NCBI GenBank assembly: GCA_051294375.1
Contig: CM119267.1
Coordinates: 12,905,081 to 12,969,080, forward strand
DNA: 64,000 bases
Source of the DNA: Paraspadella gotoi
Lineage: Eukaryota; Animalia; Chaetognatha
Reading direction: 5' to 3'
In this document: in pieces, positions 12,501 through 22,500 of the stretch
How positions within the stretch are numbered: position 1 is the stretch's first letter
Layout: every line of letters begins with the position of its first letter
The notes under the pieces: generated by a model
What the model was told of the DNA's origin: nothing
Seen by the model: the letters and a program-made list of their open reading frames with translations, nothing else
Databases searched by the model: none
Made by a program: the position numbers and the translations under genes

Positions 12501-13058
12501 TGCAACCCTTACCTAAAGGACGACGTCGTAAGCATTCCTGATCGTTACACCTCCTACGTCGCTCCCCTGCAGTCGACGAAACTCTTCAATCAGATTCGGT
12601 CCTATGTCGAGGAAGAAAAGGGACCTTTGGCTATTTTCGAGATTCCGTACGTGGTGCGAATGCGTAATGCGCTGATCCTGGCCCCACCACAACCCCTGTT
12701 CACCTTCGAGCATCCCAATCGAGATCGCCCGATCTCCAACGAGCGCTACGAAGTCCGGACGTTTGCTGTCGAGGCCGATGCCACGCTTCACGGCTTCTGC
12801 GGATATTTTCATGCGCATCTTTACAAGGAGCAGGAAATTTCTATCCTGCCGGAGAAATACACTCGAGACATGTTTAGTTGGTTCCCGATCTACATTCCAA
12901 TTCGCGATCCGGTTCAGTTAAAGAAAGGATCTTGCGTGGAACTGCAGTTTTGGCGGCGAGTTGAGAAGAAAAAGGTATGGTACGAGTGGGCGCTCACCAA
13001 GCCAGTTCCATCCCCTATTCACAATCCTATTGGGAGAAGTTATGTGATTGGTAAATAA
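6531..13058 (+). CDS. PRMT5: Protein arginine N-methyltransferase 5 (type II), 8 coding exons: 6531-6675, 7087-7182, 7425-7717, 8010-8141, 8215-8292, 8385-8711, 8781-8909, 12216-13058 (~680 aa)
   Basis: GT-AG junctions are phase-compatible and give MSRRVDCGRD..., WFQSVVGRVSDWIDCDS...SEAALNQEL, RWLAEP, LQYPLQPLRDNL..YENFEKDP.KY, VVGAGRGPLV, SELIGSFSDNELSPECLDG, MFSWFPIYIP and HNPIGRSYVIG. AATAAA lies at ~13180. Confidence 0.95.
6738..6982. repeat. Dispersed repeat with one fixed end (possible 3' end of a 5'-truncated retroelement)
   Basis: TATGAAATTGGTACAACCAATATAAAAATTATCC... also at ~27596, ~34343, ~37282, ~62614 and inverted at ~58835-58910. The other end is variable. Confidence 0.7.
8939..12152 (+). 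mobile_element. Helentron-associated (HINE/DINE-like) element family A with nested inserts, filling PRMT5 intron 7
   Basis: Degenerate 5' end TTTTATCTC...AAGCCTGTCTTGGCGCGATAATCG; 3' end TAGTAACGTCTGGCGAGATCACTATACTTT; T-run flanks. Confidence 0.65.
9806..12075 (-). mobile_element. GC-rich decayed retroelement-like insert (gag/ORF1-like remnants, internal tandem repeats)
   Basis: Abrupt GC shift where a family-C repeat breaks off at 9805; broken Arg/Pro-rich minus-strand ORFs; repeats of GAGCCACTTGGCGGA and TGTCGACGATCATCTCG at ~10050-10600. No RT or integrase motif seen. Confidence 0.45.
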
Positions 13059-13552
13059 TTAAACACGAAGTTGGGAATCTCATTTTCTTCCTACTATGTT
13101 TTTTTTACCTTTTCGTTTCAAACAAATCACTATGAAACAATCTAATTTCATTGCGCTTTATTACATTTTTGATTTATTGAAATAAAAAATTAATAAGGAT
13201 TACAGGACGGGTTGACGTGTTTATCTATGAGCAATGAGCATGAGATGTTTTTGTTAGTTTTTCAAGAATCCACTTTCGTTTTCTAGGCGAATTCAAGAAT
13301 CTTTACTTCCATGCTAAGAAATTGTCAAATATTTTCCATAAGAATTTATCCGGACAAATATTATGTCATTATGTAATTTAAAAAATTTTGCTACATTAAT
13401 ATTTCATTTTGTAACGCGTTATATTTAAAAAAATGAATTAATAATCATCTCTTTTTTCTTGATTATTTGTGAACCTTCTTAGCATGTGCTACATTAAGTT
13501 TTTCTGTTTTATAAGGTACTACTTGAAAAGTTGGTAAAATATCATAAAAAAT

Positions 13553-16500
13553 ATGGACATCACTGCTGATCAGTTACTTTTCTTAGAAGTCATTTCGCGA
13601 GGCGATGTTCCACCTCTGTTAAAACTACCTCTGGAAATCCGCAAACTAAAATTTGATTTCGTCCGCGCTCGACTGAAAAAAATAAATAAAGGGCCGACTC
13701 CTTTCCTCGTGACTTTTCCTCTGCGAATAGAGCCGGAAAAAGGATCCCCGAAGCCGAATCAAAACACGGCGCTTTTCTGGGGAATCGTTGGGGAATGTGC
13801 CATCAATCGTCATCTCCGTCTCAAAGCCGATTGGGAGCGCTTGGTCGAGACCATCTCCTTTGATCATGATGTCCTCGAGGTCGGTCAGGTGGTGCTCTGT
13901 CGATCAAAACAACAGAGATTGTCCCCCTCCAAAAAAATTCTGGAATGTCAAAAAGATTTGGATTCGTCGGAGGCCCCCGATGGTATCGCGGAGTCTGAAA
14001 CGAATATTTTTCGCGCCGTCATCCTCACGAAAGCACCGCTCCAAGTCTTCGCCCTCGATAATGGATATTTCAAGCGCGTTACCATGAAGATGTTGTTTTG
14101 TCCGGTAATAGAGGAGCTTCAGCCCGCAGAACAGCCGTTGTTCTCGACCGTGGCCGCTCCTTTTGTCTCTCTCGTTGAGGTGGAGTTAGTCGAGGATGAG
14201 GACGACATCAACGACGACTTGGGTGAAAACAAATGCAGCAAAGTCCCCGTTAAAATGATCGAAGAAGAAAATAGAACGGAATTTTCCATTTCGCCTGTCA
14301 TCGTAAAAGAAAATAATGGTTCTTTCTCTGAGGAAAGGCTGGACGTTGCGGCCACTGCTCGGTCTATTCACGCATTTGATTACGGTGCTAGCGTTGAGGA
14401 AAAACCAGACACGGACTTACGGAGCGAAAGCACTATTGACCATGTTAGTTTGGGTATATATTGATTTAGGAATTAGGATATTTATAGTTAATATTTAACT
14501 TAAAATTCTAATACTGTTACACGCTTTGCAGATTCTTCTTGGCTCCGAAAGCGTATCCGAGGATATTGTTCGATTTCTAAATTCTCAAACTAAAGGATCC
14601 GTTGTTTTCGGCATACTCGGTATGCCAAAGACCTCTGTTGGCATTGCAATCCAGCCAGTCGACTTCCTCGTCGTAGAAAGACGCATCCGCGACGCGATCG
14701 GGACCCAGCTCGGCGACGAGGGGGAATTCGTCCAAAGCCTCCTTAGCTTTCGGTTCATAGAGGTGGTTGGGGAGAGCTTGGATGGGCCGATTCCCTCACG
14801 TCATCGTCACGTCATGTTTCTCGACGTCGCCGGCAGCGTAAACGAAAAAATATTTTGCTTTCGGGTGAGCATCATCGCGAGATGAAATTGACTCATGTGC
14901 AAAAAAAAAAAACGCGCCACTTTAATTTGCAGATACTCCATAAGAATATTTTTTAAAAAAATATAAGAAAAATAATTTTTATTAAAAAATGAATCGATGT
15001 CTATATTTTCTATAAGTTTTATCAAAATTGGTTAAGAAAAAGGGTCATTCAATTCAACTTTAAAAATAGGCTAAAATGGAGTACAAATTCAGAAAGCTGA
15101 GCTCCTGGCGATTCCGAAAATGTATTCACTTTAAGCATTTGATGCATTCTACCCCATTTTATATCGGTTTTAATTATAATATAAAATAAAAGAAACCTAT
15201 CTGAAGAGTTGCAGCTCAAACGAAAAGGCCAATCCACCTGATATTTTTTATGAATTTGTTATTACTGAATTAGAAAAATGTAATAGAGACATTTTTAAAT
15301 TTCAACTTGTATCCTTGAAAAGGAAACATTTTTAAACTTTAACCCTGAATTCTTTCTAACTGGAATGCGTTTATCAAAATGTCTCTCTATTACATTTTTA
15401 CAAATGTTTTTAAGATTGCTAATCAAATTTTTAATTCAATATTATTGCAGTCGTTTAGGCTGCAACTCTTCAAATTTAGTGTAGATTCATTGTAGCTCGA
15501 ATTTCTTTACCATCTATTTAACTGAAGATTTTGTTCATGACTGGAAAACCAACAGAGTAACGAGATTAATTGCTTAATTCTCCCCTTCTAAATTATCCCA
15601 TACCGTGTTTTAACTTCTTACCTAGAATTTTTTAACAACCAGATTGAAAAACGAATCTTTAGAAAATGTGCTTACCCATTTAACTTAACAATTTTGTTAT
15701 TTACCCATTTAAAAAAAATTATTGAAAACGGAATGTTTACATATAAATAAGAACTTATTTTTTTGTGATTACTGATGACTATAATGTATTTCTCGATATA
15801 TTAGCTCTAACACATCAATGATTACGTATTGTTATGCTGAATGACCTTTCCTCTTAAGCTGTTTAAGAGATATGATTTTTTAAACTTGAGTGTTCCAAAT
15901 CAGGAAAGGAAAATCGAATATTATTCAAAAGCTTCAAAATCATTAACCTGTCATGTATCTTATTTTTATCGTCGCAATCGCTGAGCGTCATAATCATAAT
16001 TCGATGTTCTGACATGATATAAGTGTGTGCCCGACAATATTGAGGGGGCGGACCGACGGACCGACAAAGTGAATTATAGAGTCGGGATCTGCTGATAAGC
16101 AGACCCGACTAAAAATGACTCAATTATTGATACACGAATATACTTCTACGAGTAAACTTCTGTTAGATCGAAATAATATGCAAAAAAATTTCAATTTTGT
16201 AATTCTATTTCAACTTGTCAAATAATTGAACAAAACATTTTAAAATGAAAATAAAAAACAAAAACCGAATTGCAATTTTAAGGCGAGTTTATCCCGATGG
16301 AAATCGAAAAAAAAAAAAAAAAAAAAAATTAAAAAATTAATTAATAAGACCAAAATATTTATTCTCGATTTAATAACATTCGTCTGGATTGGTCATAAGT
16401 TTTATTCCGCCTCTTTCTAGGACTACAATATGCACCAATTGCGCAAATTTTTTCTAAAGGGGTCAACTTTTTGGATATGAGGGGACAGGAAGTTGGAATC

Positions 16501-19500
16501 CTAATAAAGGTCTAGTCTCTTTAAAAGGTATTTAAGTTAGCCATATATGAGACTATGGCCTGGTTGATACTTCAAATAAGGACCTAGCAATTGCAAGTTA
16601 TGGGCGTTTTTATTCTATTATGCACAACTTTGTTTGTAAAGTCTCAATCCAAAAAATGAAAAAAAAACGCTTTATAGCTTGAGGCCAGGGCATTTGTATC
16701 AATCGATACCCGGGAGATGTGTTAATGCCAAGGGTCCTGAATTTGACGATTGAATGTATTAATTTTTGTTTGCCATTTTTTTGTTGATCCTCTAAGGAGA
16801 GTGGTTTTTTTGAAAAAAAAAATATTTTTTTTTTAAATTTGAAAAAGTAGTTGCCACTATCTTCTGAAATACCCTCACAAACTCTTTCCTCAAGGGCAGA
16901 GAAATAAAAAAAGATCAATAAACAATAAGATTTTAATAAAAAAATTATAATTTCTGGAGATTTTCGAAATTTTCAATTTTATTTTTTAATTTTTGGGCTT
17001 ACCGAGTATTTTTTTAGAATTTTGCCATTTGAAATTTTTTTTTTTTAAAGTTTATGAATTTTGTTGCTTGACCGTAATTTAGGTTTTTAACAGAAAATGA
17101 ATTGTATGAAAAATGCTTAAGCATCAAGGATCAATCCGCCTGCCAGGAAGTTGATTAATGAATGCAATGATTGAACCAATTTATTGATGCGATGTAACCG
17201 AATATGATCGATTGTGATGAATAACAAAGATGATTGAATGCGATGATAGTCAACTCATGTGATACGATAAAAATAATCATTTTGTTTGATATAGATGGAT
17301 AGTTCATTCATTGATGCGTATGATAAGTCATGTCCATTGTTACGTATAATAGTCATATTCATTGTTACGATGATAGTATCATCGTCTTTGGTACTATGGA
17401 TGATAGTCCAGTTCATTGATGCGATGAATAGTCATTCATTGATGCGATGATAGTCATTCATTGACGGGCGATCAATCTCATCGTAATAAAACATAACAAT
17501 GAGTGGCCGTGTAATGAAAGTGAGAAGAGTAGAGAGATAGCAGAGAGAGAGAAAGAAAGAGAGTAACGGTCACAAAAATCTCAGATGTATAATTTGGGAT
17601 TTTGTATTGAGAAAAAAGCGCGGAATAAATGGCAATAATAAAGTTTTTAGAGTAGGAAGAAAATAATTCAGAATTTTTAGAAAAAACGGCCGAACGATCG
17701 ACGCAAAGAGATCGTACGTAGAGAGAAGAGAGGCGCTAGGACAAACCGCTGGACAGCGCTTTCAGAGCTGAACAGCGTTTTTAGACGAGATCTGAATAGG
17801 GTCGAACTCTATAAATAAATATTAAAAAAATAAAATATTTGGGTATAGTTGTGGTGAGCAACAACAACGCTAAACAACGCGCGAAAAGGGAAACTGACAT
17901 TTAACAATGTAAGATTCCTGGACCTTAATCAACCTTGCTTTTTCTAATTGTACATTGATTGACAAGTATATTAAAAATGTATAAGATTTAATTCGTTGAG
18001 CAGGTTCTCCATTTCTAAATATTTTGACTCACCCCATTGAGTAGGGGCTTAACCGCCTAATTCAGAAGAAAAAAAGAAGAGAGAGAGCGACATTACATTA
18101 TAAAGTGAGAAGGAAAACTTGAACAGCTGCTGGAACAGCCGCTGCAGATGGTTTTTACACGAATCCTAGAACAGAAGCGACGGAGAAAAAGAGAGAAGAG
18201 CACTAACAATAATTAACTAAAAGAGAGAGAGAGAAGAGCTGAACAGCCCTTTACTCCGTGCGCGGGTAGCGGGCCGGAGGATAGCGCGAAGTTCCTTACC
18301 CAATATCCAAAAAATTATAAATCTGTAACGCAACGCCATTTTTCGGTCGCCTTCTCTGTCGCTCTTCTCTTCGTACTTCTTCAAATCATGCCATTTTCAT
18401 CTCTCGTCTTCATTGTTTCGTCATGCGTCTTCGAGCACTCTGTTGCTCAGTGCTTATTTCTTTCATATCATTTTCGTCGTCGTTTGTCGTCGTCTTCTCG
18501 TCGTCAGTTTTGTCTTTCCTCTTGTCGGTCATTTTTCGTTGTTGTCTGTTGTCATATATTTTTTTTNNNNNNNNNNNNNNNNNNNNNNNNNACTTGTCAA
18601 ATAATTGAACAAAACATTTTAAAATGAAAATAAAAAAACAAAAACCGAATTGCGATTTAAAGAGAAGTAAAATTCAATGTAAACTAAAAGTTAAAAATTC
18701 GGCCTAAAAATACAATTAGTTTTAAAAACTTATATTATATTTGGAAATTGCAACATATTCATTTTTTGTCATATTTTATTTCATTTTAAAAGCATTACAT
18801 TTCTATACCAAAGGTCCAAACATGATTTTATTTTCTGCCATAATTTAAAGTTGTTTCGTCATTATCACTGATATAATTTATGTGCTCGTCATTTGGTGGG
18901 GAATGCCCAATGCTTAATCATTGTTATTTATTATTTCATTTAAAAATCATCACATTTCTTTACCAAAGGTCCAGCCATATAAAATTAAAGTCTGTCTCGT
19001 CAATTCACTGCAACTGATATGAATTTACTGTGCTCATCGCCATTTGCGCGAGAGAAAAATCGCCCATTCTTAAATCATTGTATTCATTTTATTTATTTCA
19101 AAAGCATGCACAATTTCTTTACCAACGAGTGTGCCACAACTTGATTTCTATTTTCATGCCAGATAAATTAAAGTTGTCTGGTCATTATACTGATATTGAA
19201 TTTTACTGTGGCTTCATTGCATTTGACCGGAGAATAGGCCTCATATGCTTTAATCAATCTGTTATTTATTTATCATTTCAAAAGCATCACATTTCTTTAC
19301 GCATCGTCGTTACACATTGATTTTAATTGTTATGCCTATAATTAAAGTCTGCTGTGCATTATCACTGATATATTCTAATAGTGTCATCATTTGGCGGAGA
19401 TAAGTGCATTTCTTAATCATCTCGTTATATTTTTTATTATTTCATGTTCAAAAGCATCACATTTTCCTTGATACCATAGGTCCAAACTTGATTTTATTTT

Positions 19501-22500
19501 ATGGCCATAAATTTAAAGCTTGTCTCGATCATTATCTAACTGATACTGCAATTTAATGTGCTCCATCCATTTGCGGAAATGCCGCAATTTCTTAAATCAT
19601 TTGTTATTTTCTATTTGTTTCATTTCAAAAGCATCACATTTCTTTATGTAAAACGGAAGAATAATTCCGGCGAAAATATTGGGCCAAAAACTTGCCATAA
19701 AAAACTGGCCAAACAATTAAGCAACAAGGCAAAACATTTTTTATTATTAATGTCTTTTTTCAAATTTTTCATTAGATGTCTTGTACCAGAAGAGCCAGAA
19801 CAGCATTCAAAAAGTTTTCTGTCATTCATCAATGTTATGTGATAACCCGTGAGCTAGGAAGGATGTCAAAAATTTAATCGCTGCCACTCTTCATACTTAA
19901 TTTTAATTTTCATTCATACTTTTTATCATCTTAATTATTTTTTATTTCTTTTTTTTTCTTTTTAATTCAAACTTTGTATCATTCATTGTTTCATTATTTA
20001 TCATTTAGTATTTTTTTTAATCGACTATCTTTACCGGAGTCATCTTTATAACAGGAATTCGGCAAGCATCAATCTAACCATACAACTATTAAAAATATTG
20101 AATATTAGATAATCACTCTAAGTTAATAAATATTAAAAATATTATTTTAAAAGAAAGGCTTCCACTTCGTGAGTCAAATTGTATTCACCAGCCCCGACAT
20201 TTCTGCATAGGTCTTTTTTCAAAGGACACGAAATTGTCCAGTGCTGTCCATAAAGTTCACATCGACTACAGAATTCTTTGCGCCGAAATGAAAGGATAAC
20301 TGGGTCCGAAAAGAGTTGAAGGCGGTGATAAACGTCCGTAATGTTTGATTCAAGCGATAGATGTCGCGCGTATCTTTCCGAAAAACGCCGTACAAATTTG
20401 TTGAGACCTTCGGGACCTGTTAATTAATTCAAAATTTTAATTATTTAATAGATTATAATGGTTTTCATTTTTTAACTATAATAAAACTTTGTTTTTATAT
20501 GACCTTGTTCTGTCATTTGACCGAGTCCAAATCCGTCGTTCAGGTCAATAAGCTGAAATGAATGAGCGAGCACCGCATGAATACTTTCACTGAGATTAGC
20601 CCAAGGAAAGTTGTCGACTATCAAGCAAGCAGTTTCAGTACAGAGATATTTTAACTTTTCAATGTCAACTCGGTTTTTCGATGATAAAACTCGGAGAATG
20701 ATAGCAAGGTTTCGATGAATAGAAATAACGTTGTCCTTGTTTTCAGCTGGTAGCTTTTCTCTGAATACGGGCAGAACTTCCTCTGAGAAAAATCGCCAAG
20801 CGGCGTTGCCTGTGTCTGTAGTTCCGCCTAAAATTTAAAGAGAGATTAATTTTGAATTAATTTACCAAATAACAGCAATTAAAGAAATCCTAATCAGAGA
20901 ATTTTTAAAGTATTCAAACCTGAAAAAATACTATATAAAATTTTATTGCTGTCCATGAAAAGCAAATAATTTGTTTTATGATTTTGATAAAAAAATGTTA
21001 TTTTTTAAATGAAGGAGATAAAAAGCAAAACAGAAAAGAGAAAGAGAATGGGTTATATATTTAAAACAAACGAACATAGCAACATATGGAGTCACTTTGT
21101 TAACAGGGAATATTTCTACTTTAACAATACCTTTTGAGGACGGCATATCCATGATTATACCAGTTTTTTCAGCAATAGCACGAATCCAGTTTTGACGAGA
21201 CTTTTCCACTTTTTCTCTTTATTTTTCACCAGATGTTCTCCAAACTTTTACCTTTGCGCTCAGTCTGTACAAAAACTTTTGGAACCAAGAGTAAACTCTT
21301 AATCTTTGATGCAATGGGCGGGGCGATTGATTGATTTCTTGAACAGTTAATGGTTTCTGGGTGATACCTTGTCTTGTTTCATAATCATTACGTTCCTTGA
21401 GAACCTCACCTGTTTGCTCATCAAAACATCTCCGAAAGGCTTCATGAATTTGTTGCATTGATCTATCTAGCGGTAAACCGGCAATTATCATTTCGCGCGA
21501 CTGCGCCTGTTTTTCAGAAACTTTGCAATAGTTACAAAATACTCCGCCTGTTCCCGCGGCCTCTTTCACAGCTTTACCATCTGCAAGAAGAAGCTGAACC
21601 TCGTTCTCAAAGTGAACTTCAATATCATCAAGTTTTATAACACTTCCCGCTGCCTCTACCTCGGCCTTCTCTCTGTCAAGAATCGGTAAAAATTTAGACA
21701 AAAGTTCCCTATTCTCTTTTTGCGGCATAATCATGTAAGGCCTTATTCCGTGCGGGGATGCAATAAGATGGTTTAAATAAACCTGATCACCAGATTGCGT
21801 AGTAATGTCGCGCAAGGCAACAATGACGAGTTCTCGAAATTCTTGTGCGAGATTATTTCTTGATGCTTGCATAGCTTTTTGTTGATCTCCACTGCCATCA
21901 AAGCCAGTGAGCCAACGCACCTTTAACGGAAAAGCTGATGAATCCAGCGAGTTGATCTTATCGATAAAATCTGGCAAGAAGCATGTACGCGTAAGGGTAG
22001 TTTGAAAAATTTCTGGAAGAGTTCCTCTGACTCCGCCCAAAAATTCAATGGTTTTGTAATACATGTTTTTTTCATACAATGACATCTTATAGACTGGAGG
22101 AAGGCGAACGCCATACTGTAACAAGCGCAAACGGAGTTTTGTCCATTGACGCTGCGAAAGTTCGAGTTCAACGTTTTTCATAAATTCTGCTTCTTCTATA
22201 GTCATGAGACAATTCTCTTGTTCTTTCTGAAAATTTCCTTCATAAATCAATTTGCCAGTTTGGCCTAAGAACCGGTTAGAATTAAAACATTCTTTTTGAA
22301 TAACACGACCGCATAACTGCGTGACTGTTTTTCCTAGCTTCTCTGAGGCATCTCGAAGAGCATTGACGACTGGCTGAAGCTTCTCTGTCTGATACTTAGG
22401 AGAAACATCATCGAGTTTTTGAACCTTAGGTCGACCTCGTTTTCGTCCGTTTTGAAAAGCTGGAAAATCAGCATTCAAGGATGGCGATGGTGAACAATGG

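Noticed and set aside
20828-21130. C-terminal part of ORF 20976-21209 as coding
   Set aside because: After PSSKG the frame enters a GT-AG intron; homology resumes at 20827.
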